A stretch of 40,232 bases of DNA from Elusimicrobiota bacterium. GTDB lineage: Bacteria > Elusimicrobiota > Elusimicrobia > UBA1565 > UBA9628. The stretch covers positions 1 through 40,232 of the forward strand of contig DAHVNA010000016.1 of NCBI GenBank assembly GCA_027319565.1, read 5' to 3'. The position numbers were made by a program, and so were the translations under genes. The notes under the pieces are model-generated. The model did no database searches. It saw only the letters and a program-made list of their open reading frames with translations, and was not told the origin of the DNA. Shown one piece after another: positions 27,424 to 37,230 of this stretch. Numbering within the stretch: the stretch's first letter is position 1; every line of letters starts with the position of its first letter.

Positions 27424-28628
27424 AAAAAGCCCACTCCGTTTTCTTGATTCTTTTTCTGATCAACCTTTTCAATTATATCGATCGCCAGGCTATCTATGCG
27501 GTCTTGCCTTTAATCCAAAAAGACCTCTTATTGTCAGACGCCCAGGCCGGCTGGCTTGCCTCCGCTTTCATGCTCGTCTATATGTTCGCCGCTCTTCCCA
27601 TCGGATACCTAGCCGATCGCTATGGCCGGGTGTTGTGGATTAGTCTGGGCGCGACGCTCTGGAGTCTCTCAACCGCGATGACGGCTCTCTGCGGCAATTT
27701 TACCTCGTTATTTTCGACTAGGGCCGCGGTTGGAATCGGGGAATCTTGCTATGGAGCGGTTTCCCCGTCTTTTGTCTGTGAAATGTATCCGCCGGAAAAG
27801 TCCGGAATGATTATGGCGCTTTTTTCGCTGGCGATTCCGGTCGGAAGCGCGCTTGGATATATCGGCGGCGGCGTCTTGGGACAAAAATGGGGTTGGAGAG
27901 ACGCTTTTATTTTCTTATCGATTCCTAGTTTAATTCTCGCCGCTTTCGCTTCTCGCCTTCAAGACCCGCGGGGGAAAAGAACTCTTTTAGACCACCCCTT
28001 AAAAAAATCTACTCTGACCCGCGAAACTCAGGCGCTTTTTTCCATCCCCAGCTACGCTCTAACGACTTTCGCGGGGGCGGCGATGACTTTTGCCTTAGGC
28101 GGCTTCGCCGTCTGGATGCCCAGCTTTTTTCATCGCCAATGGCATTTAAGCGTTGCAAAAGCGGGAATCATTTTCGGAGCGCTGACGGTGTTGTCGGGAG
28201 TCATCGGTTCTTATTTCGGGGGATTTCTATCGGAAAGATTGATTAAAGTCAATCCCAAGTCCTATTTCATGATTTCCGGACTTGGGCTTTTAATCGGAAT
28301 GCCTCTCGCCATTTTTTCTCTATTGGCCCCGAGCCTCAAGAGCGCGCTTGTGTCTCTTTTTGTCGCGGAAATTTTTCTTTTCCTTAATATGGGGCCCCTT
28401 AACGCCATCATTGTCGCGGTCACTCCCACGACCCAGCGCTCGCTCGCCTTTGGCGCCAACATGCTTCTCATCCATGCCTTGGGAGACGCAATCTCTCCAA
28501 CTTTGATAGGATATCTTTCGGACCTGGCGGGCCTTAAAATCGCCTTGATTAGCGCTAGTCTCTTTCTGGGCCCGGCCTCCGCCTTTTGTTTTTGGGGAAT
28601 GAAGCATTATCAAAACGATTTAATATGA
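27420..28628 (+). CDS. MFS transporter (spinster-like)
   Basis: INLFNYIDR, GYLADRYGR, RAAVGIGE and HALGD motifs; about 12 transmembrane segments; ATGA coupling to mnmE. Confidence 0.9.
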   Translation: MKKAHSVFLILFLINLFNYIDRQAIYAVLPLIQKDLLLSDAQAGWLASAFMLVYMFAALPIGYLADRYGRVLWISLGATLWSLSTAMTALCGNFTSLFSTRAAVGIGESCYGAVSPSFVCEMYPPEKSGMIMALFSLAIPVGSALGYIGGGVLGQKWGWRDAFIFLSIPSLILAAFASRLQDPRGKRTLLDHPLKKSTLTRETQALFSIPSYALTTFAGAAMTFALGGFAVWMPSFFHRQWHLSVAKAGIIFGALTVLSGVIGSYFGGFLSERLIKVNPKSYFMISGLGLLIGMPLAIFSLLAPSLKSALVSLFVAEIFLFLNMGPLNAIIVAVTPTTQRSLAFGANMLLIHALGDAISPTLIGYLSDLAGLKIALISASLFLGPASAFCFWGMKHYQNDLI

Positions 28629-29386
28629 TTAAAGTCATCCAACTGTGCCGGGATTATCTTTTTTTCCCGTCCCGAGGCGCCGCCCAAAATAAAGAAAGCG
28701 GGGAAATCCCGTCGAATCTCTCCATCTATCTTGTCTTTCTTTTACTCTCTCTTTTGTTTTATTGGCTCAAGCCCTGGAATTTTCCCGATCACTACGCTCC
28801 GTTTCCAAGCCAATCCCCTAATTTTAATTTCTGGCTCAAAGTGATGCTGTGGCAGCCTCCGCTCGAGATCGTCTGGATTCTTTGTCTTCTTGGAATCATG
28901 ATCTGGCTGGAAAAAGGAAACCTTTTCTTTAAAATCACTACCGGAATTTTCTGGACCGCCATGCCGTTTATTCTGATTGTCCTCTATGCCCAAAGAAATG
29001 GAATTTCAAAGCCGTTCTTTGATATCGGAGAAACTCTTTGTTTTGCCTTTTTTATTTTTCCCTTGCGTAAGATCGGGAAAAGCGAAGCCTTGCCCATCGC
29101 CGGGTTCATGCTCGGGCTCAACGCCATCGGGATTATTCTTTTTCTTCCGATGATTTTATCGGTATGGCTTAATTCAAGCTCCCTTTTTAACGGAAGCCAG
29201 ATTGTTGGCGGACTGTGGATGCTCTGGGCCGGAATGATGGGACTGAGGGAATTAAGAGGGCTTCGCCTCTCCCGGGCTTTTCTAGCGGTTCTATTTTCTT
29301 TACTCTTTCAAATCGCCTTTGCCTTTGCGCTTTATTTCATGGGCCTTGTCCCTAAGGAGATACTCAAAGCTCTTCTCTATGCCTAA
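28625..29386 (+). CDS. Hypothetical polytopic membrane protein
   Basis: About 7 hydrophobic segments; ATGA coupling with the MFS gene. Confidence 0.75.
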   Translation: MIKVIQLCRDYLFFPSRGAAQNKESGEIPSNLSIYLVFLLLSLLFYWLKPWNFPDHYAPFPSQSPNFNFWLKVMLWQPPLEIVWILCLLGIMIWLEKGNLFFKITTGIFWTAMPFILIVLYAQRNGISKPFFDIGETLCFAFFIFPLRKIGKSEALPIAGFMLGLNAIGIILFLPMILSVWLNSSSLFNGSQIVGGLWMLWAGMMGLRELRGLRLSRAFLAVLFSLLFQIAFAFALYFMGLVPKEILKALLYA

Positions 29387-31163
29387 TTTTATTTCCTTTC
29401 CCCAAAGATACCAGGTCATCGTCCTGGGGGGCGGGCATGCCGGATGCGAAGCCGCTTTGGCTTCCGCCCGAATGGGAATGAAAACGCTTTTGATGACCCA
29501 AAACCTCGACACCATCGCGGCGATGTCCTGCAATCCCTCCATCGGAGGCGTGGCAAAAGGGCAAATTGTCCGGGAAATAGACGCCTTGGGCGGGGAAATG
29601 GCAAAAAACACCGACCGCTCCGGACTCCATTTTAAGATCCTCAATATCAGCAAGGGTTTTGCAGTTCAATCCCCGCGCGCTCAATGCGACAAAAAGCTTT
29701 ATCAATTTTCCATGAAAGAGGTTCTGGAAAACCAGGAAAATTTGGATTTAATTCAAGACGAAGCCACTCATCTTTGGATTGGAGACGACGCGGCAGTTCA
29801 AGGCGTTATCAGCCTCCGGGAAACTCTCTACTATTCTCAAGCGGTCGTGGTCACGACAGGAACCTTTCTCAATGGCCTCGCCCATATCGGGCTTAACTCT
29901 TTTGCCTCCGGCCGATTTGGAGAAAAGCCGGCAACAGAATTGACGAAAAGTATTCAATCTCTCGGCTTTTCTGTGGGCCGCATGAAAACCGGAACGCCGA
30001 TGCGGATTCAAAGCCGCTCTATCGATTTTTCACAATGCCAAATCCAGGAATCCGACAATCCTCCAAAACCCTTTTCGCATTCAAACGCACGCATTAGCAA
30101 CCAGCTTCTGTCTTGTTTTATCACTTACACCAATGAAGACACCCATCGCGTCATCTCCCAGTCTTTAGACCGCTCGCCGCTTTATTCCGGGGTCATCAAA
30201 TCCATCGGTCCGAGGTATTGCCCTTCGATCGAAGACAAGGTCGTCAAATTTCCGCACAAAGAAAGACACATCGTCTTTCTGGAACCCGAGGGATATCACA
30301 CCAATGAAATTTATGTCAATGGCTTGTCGACCAGCCTTCCGGAAGACGCTCAAAGAGAAATCTTAACCACGATTGCCGGATTAAAAAATGCCCATATCAT
30401 GCGCCCCGGATACGCGATTGAATATGATTACTGTCCGCCGACCCAGCTAAACCCGAGCTTGGAAACTAAAAACATCTCAGGACTTTATTTCGCCGGACAA
30501 ATTAATGGAACCACCGGCTATGAAGAAGCCGCGGCCCAGGGCCTTATTGCGGGAATCAACGCCGCCTTAAAAATAAAAGGGGAACCGCCTTTTATTCTAT
30601 CCCGAGATGAAGCTTATATTGGGGTTCTCATCGACGATTTAGTCACCAAGGGAGTCGACGAGCCTTACCGTATGTTTACTTCCCGCGCCGAATACCGCAT
30701 TAGTCTTCGCGCCGACAATGCGGATTTAAGGCTAATGGAAAAAGGCCGCCGGCTAGGACTTATTGCCGACTCTTTATTCGATTCTTTTAAGCGCTACCGC
30801 GAAAGCGTTCAAGAAAACCGGCAGTATTGCGATTCCGATCTTTATCCCTGGTCCATGAAACAAGCGCAAGAAGAAAAGGAAATAGAAAAAAGTTACGCGG
30901 GATACCTTGCGCGCGAAAAACAAATTGCCGAGAAGCTTCAGAAACTTGAACACGTCCGCATACCCGATTCCATTTCTTATCTTTCGATTCCAGCCTTGGG
31001 TCTTGAAGCGCGGCAAAAACTGGACCGCATCAAACCTAAAACCCTTGGGCAAGCCAGCCGTATTCCCGGAATGTCTCCCTCCGACATTCAAATTCTTTGG
31101 GTGCTCGTGGAGAAAAGCCGGATGCAAAATGAAACTGAAATACCGGCCGGAAATATCTGTTGA
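29379..31163 (+). CDS. mnmG: tRNA uridine-5-carboxymethylaminomethyl modification enzyme MnmG (GidA)
   Basis: [52 protein letters not shown] and [13 protein letters not shown] motifs. Confidence 0.97.
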   Translation: MPNFISFPQRYQVIVLGGGHAGCEAALASARMGMKTLLMTQNLDTIAAMSCNPSIGGVAKGQIVREIDALGGEMAKNTDRSGLHFKILNISKGFAVQSPRAQCDKKLYQFSMKEVLENQENLDLIQDEATHLWIGDDAAVQGVISLRETLYYSQAVVVTTGTFLNGLAHIGLNSFASGRFGEKPATELTKSIQSLGFSVGRMKTGTPMRIQSRSIDFSQCQIQESDNPPKPFSHSNARISNQLLSCFITYTNEDTHRVISQSLDRSPLYSGVIKSIGPRYCPSIEDKVVKFPHKERHIVFLEPEGYHTNEIYVNGLSTSLPEDAQREILTTIAGLKNAHIMRPGYAIEYDYCPPTQLNPSLETKNISGLYFAGQINGTTGYEEAAAQGLIAGINAALKIKGEPPFILSRDEAYIGVLIDDLVTKGVDEPYRMFTSRAEYRISLRADNADLRLMEKGRRLGLIADSLFDSFKRYRESVQENRQYCDSDLYPWSMKQAQEEKEIEKSYAGYLAREKQIAEKLQKLEHVRIPDSISYLSIPALGLEARQKLDRIKPKTLGQASRIPGMSPSDIQILWVLVEKSRMQNETEIPAGNIC

Positions 31164-31164
31164 G

Positions 31165-31866
31165 ATGAAGCAAACGAATCTTGAGACTCAACGCCTTTAT
31201 GACTGGGCCGCGCTGACAGGATTTCTCGATGAATGGAACGTCTCTTTAAGCGAAGAAAAGAAAAAACAGATCGAAAGCTACCTTAATCTGGTCGCATATC
31301 ACGATCTGGAAGCGGGACTGACCGCAGACATTTCTCCGCAAAATCTTCTCTTGCGCCATGCGGCGGACGCCTTGGCCTGCCTGCCCATCCTTAAACGCAT
31401 TCAAAATACCGTATCCCCTGATAAAATTTTACGAGTCGCCGATCTTGGATCCGGCGCCGGCTTTATCGGCATTGTCGTTAAAATCGCTTGCCCGGAAATC
31501 AATATGACCTTAATTGAGCCTTTAAAGCGCCGCTTTGACTTTTTAAATCTTGCGCTCATCGCCCTAGGCCTTAAAGAAATTCATCTCATTAAAAAGCCAA
31601 TCAGGGTCAATCAAGAGCCTTTTATCTTTGACATCGTCATTGAAAGGGCGGTGGCTCCGCTTGAGAAAGCGGCAAAAATAGTCGAACCGCTTTTAAGGCC
31701 CAAGGGATTTTTCATCGCCTATCAAAGCCAAAACTCAGGCGACAGACCCATGTCGGCCGATAACGCCGAACCCGCTTTACCGCTAGAAATCAAGGAAAAA
31801 TTGAACTACCGCCTTCCCGCGGATGACAAAAATCGCTATCTTATTATTTGCCAAAGAGGGGACTAA
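31165..31866 (+). CDS. rsmG: 16S rRNA (guanine527-N7)-methyltransferase RsmG (GidB); alternative start at 31129
   Basis: RHAADAL, DLGSGAGF SAM-binding motif, KRRFDFL and ERAV; follows mnmG. Confidence 0.88.
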   Translation: MKQTNLETQRLYDWAALTGFLDEWNVSLSEEKKKQIESYLNLVAYHDLEAGLTADISPQNLLLRHAADALACLPILKRIQNTVSPDKILRVADLGSGAGFIGIVVKIACPEINMTLIEPLKRRFDFLNLALIALGLKEIHLIKKPIRVNQEPFIFDIVIERAVAPLEKAAKIVEPLLRPKGFFIAYQSQNSGDRPMSADNAEPALPLEIKEKLNYRLPADDKNRYLIICQRGD

Positions 31867-31869
31867 TCC

Positions 31870-32376
31870 ATGCAAATGCTCAATCGCTACTTTACGCCGT
31901 TTGCCTTAATTCTGATTTTATCGGCCATTTATTTTAGCCAGCCCGATCCCCGCGACTACAAATTGTCTCTGCTCATCTTACTGACCTCCATTCTGGTAAA
32001 CTGGTGGTTGTCCAAAAACATTTACCGAATTCCGCGCCTCGCCCGCCATATCCGCAAAATTCAAGTTTGGATCAACTTCATTTGGGCTGTTCCGCTTTTT
32101 TATCTCCTTCAGCCGTATTGGGGGCCGATGTGGCTTCTTTTTGTCATGGCTCCAGTGACCGCGGCTCTCTATTTCACTTTTTGGCAAACCTGCTTAACCT
32201 CGACTTTTGTCTCTTCAACGATGCTCGCTATTTATTGGAAACGCGGGGTTTTTGACGGAGGCCCGGCCGCGGGCATGGCTTTTGTCGAAGCGGCATTTAT
32301 CGTCATCTTTTCTCTTTTCATTCATGGACTAGCCCAAGCGGCTCTAAGACTGAGAGACGCCAATATTAGCCGCTAA
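31870..32376 (+). CDS. Hypothetical membrane protein (about 5-6 TM)
   Basis: 168-aa hydrophobic ORF with SD GAGGGG. Confidence 0.75.
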   Translation: MQMLNRYFTPFALILILSAIYFSQPDPRDYKLSLLILLTSILVNWWLSKNIYRIPRLARHIRKIQVWINFIWAVPLFYLLQPYWGPMWLLFVMAPVTAALYFTFWQTCLTSTFVSSTMLAIYWKRGVFDGGPAAGMAFVEAAFIVIFSLFIHGLAQAALRLRDANISR

Positions 32377-32394
32377 TTCAACTTTGATCCCCCA

Positions 32395-33498
32395 ATGGAC
32401 ATATCCTTAAGGCTACGAATCCTTATTTGGATTACCGTCATTTCACTGTGGGGAACGATGCTCTACCAGGACATCGGCCAAAGCTCTTATTTAGGAAAGA
32501 AAATTTTTTCGGAAGGCGCTTCTAAAACGGGAGACAAAGATTATGTCGATCCTGAAAAACTCGCCGCGGCCGGAGCGGCGGCCGGAGAAGCCCTAGCGCA
32601 ATCTGAAAAAGCCTCCGGAATTGATTCTCCCTCTTCTCTGGATCTCATAACCCCAATCAAAGGCGCGGAACCGGACTATGAAACAGCTCAAACCCATCAT
32701 CCGCAAAGCTCTCAACCGGTCCAAGATGAGTCGTCTTCGCTAAGCGCAGTCGAACCTTCCGCCCCCAATGGTTTTTTTCTCGTAGAGAGTAAGCATTTTA
32801 ATATTTACTCTGAAGGACGCCCGCCCAGCAAAAGCTTTGTCTCCATGGCCGAAGATCTGCACAAAAACCTGATGCTCGATCTAGCCGCCTTTTCTCCTTG
32901 GGCCGAAGAAGGACGCGTCAGCATTTTTTTATTCCAAGATGCCAAGAGTTATCACTTAGTCACCGGCCGCCCGGAGTGGTCGGGCGGAGCCAGCGCGGTC
33001 TCCGAAAGAAAAATCTACGTCTATAAAAGCCGGGAATTAACGGGAATTCTCGCCCATGAGCTTTGCCATATTTATTATGACGGATTTTATATCGGCGGCC
33101 ACTCCGACCCCTTATGGCTGAGCGAAGGCATGGCCACGATGATTCAAGTCGAAAGAGGCTTTGCCAGGCCCCAATGGCTGCGGGATAATCTCAAGGTCAT
33201 TGAAGAGGGGGGAGGATATTCTCTTAAAGATTTAATGGCGGTCACGACCATGGGAAACGCTCCCACTTCCGAAATTCAATTGTGGTATGCCGAGTCCTAT
33301 AGCCTGGTGCATTATTTATTTCGCGAACATTATCCCAGCATGTTCTACCGATTCTCCAAATATATCCGAAACGGCTATCCCGTCCGGTCCAGCCTCTACC
33401 AGGCTTACGGAATGCCGTTTAACAAGATCAGTTCTCTTGAATACGCCTGGCGCGCGAGCCTAACGGGAAAAATTCCATCCTTATCCGCCGCGGACTAA
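32395..33498 (+). CDS. Membrane-anchored gluzincin (peptidase MA-like) protein
   Basis: LAHELCH...PLWLSEGMA and WYAESYSLV motifs; N-terminal transmembrane segment. Confidence 0.8.
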   Translation: MDISLRLRILIWITVISLWGTMLYQDIGQSSYLGKKIFSEGASKTGDKDYVDPEKLAAAGAAAGEALAQSEKASGIDSPSSLDLITPIKGAEPDYETAQTHHPQSSQPVQDESSSLSAVEPSAPNGFFLVESKHFNIYSEGRPPSKSFVSMAEDLHKNLMLDLAAFSPWAEEGRVSIFLFQDAKSYHLVTGRPEWSGGASAVSERKIYVYKSRELTGILAHELCHIYYDGFYIGGHSDPLWLSEGMATMIQVERGFARPQWLRDNLKVIEEGGGYSLKDLMAVTTMGNAPTSEIQLWYAESYSLVHYLFREHYPSMFYRFSKYIRNGYPVRSSLYQAYGMPFNKISSLEYAWRASLTGKIPSLSAAD

Positions 33499-33543
33499 AT
33501 CATTAAAGTTCCGCGAAAAATTTTTCGCGTCAAGACATGGGCC

Positions 33544-33572
33544 TTGACAAAAACGAGTTTGTCCTCTATACT
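33544..33572 (+). promoter_or_regulatory. Sigma70 promoter of the dcw (mraZ) operon
   Basis: TTGACA (33544-33549), 17 nt, TATACT (33567-33572). Confidence 0.85.
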
Positions 33573-33581
33573 GATTTCGCT

Positions 33582-33635
33582 GTGGTAAAAAATGTTAAAA
33601 AAATAAATAAAGTGGTAAATAGTGTAAAATAGTCC
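33582..33635 (+). promoter_or_regulatory. MraZ-binding direct repeats (10-nt period)
   Basis: GTGG at 33582, ATGT at 33592, GTGG at 33612, GTGT at 33622 and GTCC at 33632, with A-rich spacers, between the promoter and mraZ. Confidence 0.7.
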
Positions 33636-33639
33636 ATTC

Positions 33640-34089
33640 ATGACATTATTAATCGGCCGCTACGAATACAGACTCGACCCCAAAAATCGCCTGGGAGTTC
33701 CGCCTAAATTTCGAGAAGCGTTAAATGCGGAGAAAGGAAACCGCTTCTATATCACCAGCGGACTGGAGGAATGCCTTTATCTCTTTTTACCGTCTCAATG
33801 GAATCGCCTTTTAGAGAACGATCTTCAAGCCCTTTCCCTGGCGAAAACGGAAGAAGAACGCGCTTTTAAAAGAAAATTTTTCTCAGAAGCGGTCGAAGTC
33901 GAGTTAGACGGGGTAGGGAGAATTCTCATTCCTCAATACCTCAAAGAGCACGCCCACTTAAACGGCCCGGTTCTCGTTCAAGGCGCTGGCACTCGCGGCG
34001 AAATATGGGGTCTTTCAAATTGGAAGAGCTACCACAGAAAAAAAGCCGAGCCCGCTTATCGTCTGGCGACTAAAAGCCTAAGAATCTAA
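33640..34089 (+). CDS. mraZ: Transcriptional regulator MraZ
   Basis: LDPKNRLGVP and LDGVGRILIP (two DxxxR motifs), plus EIW. Confidence 0.95.
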   Translation: MTLLIGRYEYRLDPKNRLGVPPKFREALNAEKGNRFYITSGLEECLYLFLPSQWNRLLENDLQALSLAKTEEERAFKRKFFSEAVEVELDGVGRILIPQYLKEHAHLNGPVLVQGAGTRGEIWGLSNWKSYHRKKAEPAYRLATKSLRI

Positions 34090-34983
34090 ATGAGCGTTAT
34101 GCTTTATTCCCATAAACCCATCATGGAGAGAGAAATCTCTCAACTGATTCTGCGAGATCCAGATGGGCTTTATCTCGACGCCACCGTGGGACTGGGCGGA
34201 CACTCAAGCAAAATCACCGGCTTTCTTAAGGACGGAAAACTGCTGGGACTTGATCAAGATTCAGAGGCTCTTCTTTACGCCGAACAAACCCTCGCTCCTT
34301 TTCAAGGAAAATTTTATCTCGTTGAAGCCAACTTCAAAGACTCCGAGTCAATTTTAAAAGAAAGGGGTTTTTTGCCTTTGACGGGCGCTCTCTTTGATCT
34401 TGGGGTCAGCTCTCTTCAATTGGATAATCCCCGCAAAGGGTTTAGTTTTAGAGAAGACGGCCCGCTCGATATGCGCTTCTCCCCAAAAAATCCCTTGACC
34501 GCCGCGATGATCGTCAACCGCTGGCCGGAAGGGCAGATTTGCCAAATTCTAAAGGAATACGGGGAAGAGCCCTTGGCCCCAAAAATCGCCAAACAAATAG
34601 TTCTGGAGAGAAAGACAAAGCCCATTGAGACGACCAAAGAGCTTGCGGCTCTGATTTCTCGCATTGGATTTCACGGAAAAATTAACCCCGCAACCCGGAC
34701 CTTTATGGCGCTTAGAATCGCGGTCAATGGAGAGTTAGACGGTATTGAACCGGGAATTCGAGGATGTTTTTCCTGCCTTAAAAAAGGCGGACGCATGGCC
34801 ATTCTGACCTTTCACTCGCTGGAAGACCGCATCGTCAAAAATCTGTTTCAAATTTTTGTCTCTGAAGGCAAAGGCCAATTTGTCGGCGAAAAGCAAACAC
34901 GTCCAAGCCAAGAGGAAATTCAAGACAATCCGCGAGCAAGAAGCGCTAAACTTCGCGTTATGGAGAAAATAAATGAAAAATGA
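34090..34983 (+). CDS. rsmH: 16S rRNA (cytosine1402-N4)-methyltransferase RsmH
   Basis: DATVGLGGHS, DLGVSSLQLD, GPLDMR, ALRIAVNGEL, FHSLEDRIVK and NPRARSAKLR motifs. Confidence 0.97.
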   Translation: MSVMLYSHKPIMEREISQLILRDPDGLYLDATVGLGGHSSKITGFLKDGKLLGLDQDSEALLYAEQTLAPFQGKFYLVEANFKDSESILKERGFLPLTGALFDLGVSSLQLDNPRKGFSFREDGPLDMRFSPKNPLTAAMIVNRWPEGQICQILKEYGEEPLAPKIAKQIVLERKTKPIETTKELAALISRIGFHGKINPATRTFMALRIAVNGELDGIEPGIRGCFSCLKKGGRMAILTFHSLEDRIVKNLFQIFVSEGKGQFVGEKQTRPSQEEIQDNPRARSAKLRVMEKINEK

Positions 34984-35204
34984 GAATTCTCTGCACGGGT
35001 CTTGCCTTCTGCCTTACCCGCACGCGCAATATCAAACGCGCCCAATCGTCAGCTTGGTTTATTTGGAAAATGCGGGGCTTGGCGCCTATGTTTGGAAGCG
35101 AATATTTCTAAAGGAGGTAAACAAAATCCACTAATAATCTACAATACAAAATGAGCGTTTGACCCCACGAAAAGCGGGGAAATAAAAATTGAGGGAATGG
35201 GCTT

Positions 35205-35549
35205 ATGAAAAAAGATTTTATTTCGGGAAAATTGTTGTTCGGGCTAGCCTTGGGAATTCTTCTGATTGCCTGGGAAAGGATAGAGGCGACTGAATTGGGC
35301 TACCGGGTCGAAGAGGGGAGAAAATCTATAGAAGCTTTGCAATCCCAGGAGTCCCTTTTAGAGAAGCGTCTTGAAACCGCATCATCTCCTTTCGCCTTGG
35401 CGAGACTCGCAAGCGAAAAACTCCAGATGTCTCCGGCGCCGCTCAAATCCATTAAATTTATGGATTCGCCGCCCGCCCCGGAAATAGCCTCTTCCCAAGG
35501 TTTCCCCAACTCTCTGTGGAACAAATTTAAATTTTGGCGGCATTCATAA
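35205..35549 (+). CDS. ftsL: Cell division protein FtsL-like
   Basis: Single transmembrane segment, LGY coiled coil and LASEKLQM; located between rsmH and ftsI. Confidence 0.75.
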   Translation: MKKDFISGKLLFGLALGILLIAWERIEATELGYRVEEGRKSIEALQSQESLLEKRLETASSPFALARLASEKLQMSPAPLKSIKFMDSPPAPEIASSQGFPNSLWNKFKFWRHS

Positions 35550-35564
35550 CCGCATAGAATTCTA

Positions 35565-37229
35565 ATGTCGCCCAAAAAGAGAATTTCTCTAGTCTCTCTT
35601 TTCTTTCTTTTGCCCGTAATTCCGCTTCTGCTTCGGCTATTGCAACTGCAGGTCAGAGACCACGCCCAATTAAGCCTCAAAGCCGACAAAGAATTTTCGC
35701 GGACTTTGTGGGAAGTTTCCCCGCGGGCCGACATTACCGACAGAAAAGGAAATATTCTAGCGGAATCTCTTCCGGTCTGGCGTCTTTTCGCGGACAAAAA
35801 AATGATTCGAAATCCGGATTCCATCGCCAGAAAAATCTCAAGAGTCATAAAAGAAACCCCGCAGGAAATAGTCAGGCGTTATAAGTCCGAGAAACGTTTT
35901 CCCACGCTCGCCGATTCACTCTCATATGATCAAGCCGAGACTATCGAAAAAATGAAGATTTCAGGACTGGGGCTTTCACTCAGAGAACGCCGATTCTATC
36001 CCAACGGCTCGCTGGCGAGCAACATTTTGGGAAAAGCCTCCCACGGGCAAGGCCTCTCCGGAGTGGAATTATCTTGGAATGAGCGACTCAGCGGAGAACC
36101 GCAAAAATTAAGAGTCATTCGCGACGGCTCCGGAAAAATGATTTATCTTAACGCCGATAATTCCGGGTTCACCCCAAAACCGCTGACATTAACCATCGAC
36201 CGGGATATCCAGTATATCGCGGAAGAAGCCCTCGACTCGGCCGCAAAATCTCTTTCCATTAAAAGCGGAACCGTATTGATCGAAGATTCCCAGAACGGGC
36301 AAATGCTCGCGATGGCCTCATTTCCGCGAAGCGCGCTTAAAAATCCGGCGATCCAAGACACCTATGAGCCGGGTTCGGTGCTTAAGCTCGTCACCGCGAC
36401 AGCGGCCCTTGAAAATAAAGTCGTTTCGCCGAGCGAGCAGATTTTTTGCGAAAACGGAAGTTTCGCCATCACCCCCAGAGTCACTATTCATGACGATGAA
36501 CCGTCTCAATACCTGACACTCTCTGGAATTTTAGAACGCTCCTCCAATATTGGAATATCAAAAGTCGTCTTGAGAGTCGGCAAACCCTCTTTTTATAGAA
36601 TGCTCCGCGCCTATGGGTTTCTCAACAAGACAGGAATTCGTCTTCCCGGTGAAGCCGCGGGAGACTGGAAACTCTTTTCTAAGCGAGGAGAGATTTCTCT
36701 AACTTCCGCCTCCTATGGATATGGAATCGCCGTCACCCCGATTCAAGTCCTTGCGGCTTATAACAGCGTCGCGACCAGAGGACTTCTCATGCAACCCTTG
36801 ATCTCGACAGAGGAATCTCCGGTAACGGTCAGAAAAGTCGCCTCATCTTCGACGCTAGATACCCTCACCCAGTTTTTAGAAAATGTGGTTAAACGCGGAA
36901 CGGGAACCTTAGCTCAAATTCCCGGATATCCGGTCGCGGGAAAAACGGGAACCTCTCATCAGATAGATCCAAAAACTAAAAAATATTCGCGCACGAATTA
37001 CAACGCTTCTTTTGTCGGATTTTTGCCAGCCAATCATCCTCTATGGACTATTTTAGTGGTCTTAAACGGGCCGAAGGGCAGCTATTACGGAGGGCAAGTA
37101 TCCGCTCCGGTTTTTTCCGAAGTCGCCAGACGCATGATCGCGCTCAAGGGTTTAGCCCCGGAGCCAAGCCTGGATAATCAAGAGGCTAAGACGCCAAGAA
37201 CTGTCGCCGCCCTCAATCCTATCCACTAA
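35565..37229 (+). CDS. ftsI: Class B penicillin-binding protein FtsI/PBP3
   Basis: RADITDRKG, RFYP, GLSGVE, YEPGSVLK (SxxK), SSN and GKTGT motifs; dcw position. Confidence 0.92.
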   Translation: MSPKKRISLVSLFFLLPVIPLLLRLLQLQVRDHAQLSLKADKEFSRTLWEVSPRADITDRKGNILAESLPVWRLFADKKMIRNPDSIARKISRVIKETPQEIVRRYKSEKRFPTLADSLSYDQAETIEKMKISGLGLSLRERRFYPNGSLASNILGKASHGQGLSGVELSWNERLSGEPQKLRVIRDGSGKMIYLNADNSGFTPKPLTLTIDRDIQYIAEEALDSAAKSLSIKSGTVLIEDSQNGQMLAMASFPRSALKNPAIQDTYEPGSVLKLVTATAALENKVVSPSEQIFCENGSFAITPRVTIHDDEPSQYLTLSGILERSSNIGISKVVLRVGKPSFYRMLRAYGFLNKTGIRLPGEAAGDWKLFSKRGEISLTSASYGYGIAVTPIQVLAAYNSVATRGLLMQPLISTEESPVTVRKVASSSTLDTLTQFLENVVKRGTGTLAQIPGYPVAGKTGTSHQIDPKTKKYSRTNYNASFVGFLPANHPLWTILVVLNGPKGSYYGGQVSAPVFSEVARRMIALKGLAPEPSLDNQEAKTPRTVAALNPIH

Positions 37230-37230
37230 G

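Noticed and set aside
30907..31128. Long N-terminal extensions of rsmG, mnmG, the MFS gene, mnmE and add in the ORF track
   Set aside because: They overlap upstream genes and lack family motifs; downstream starts were chosen.
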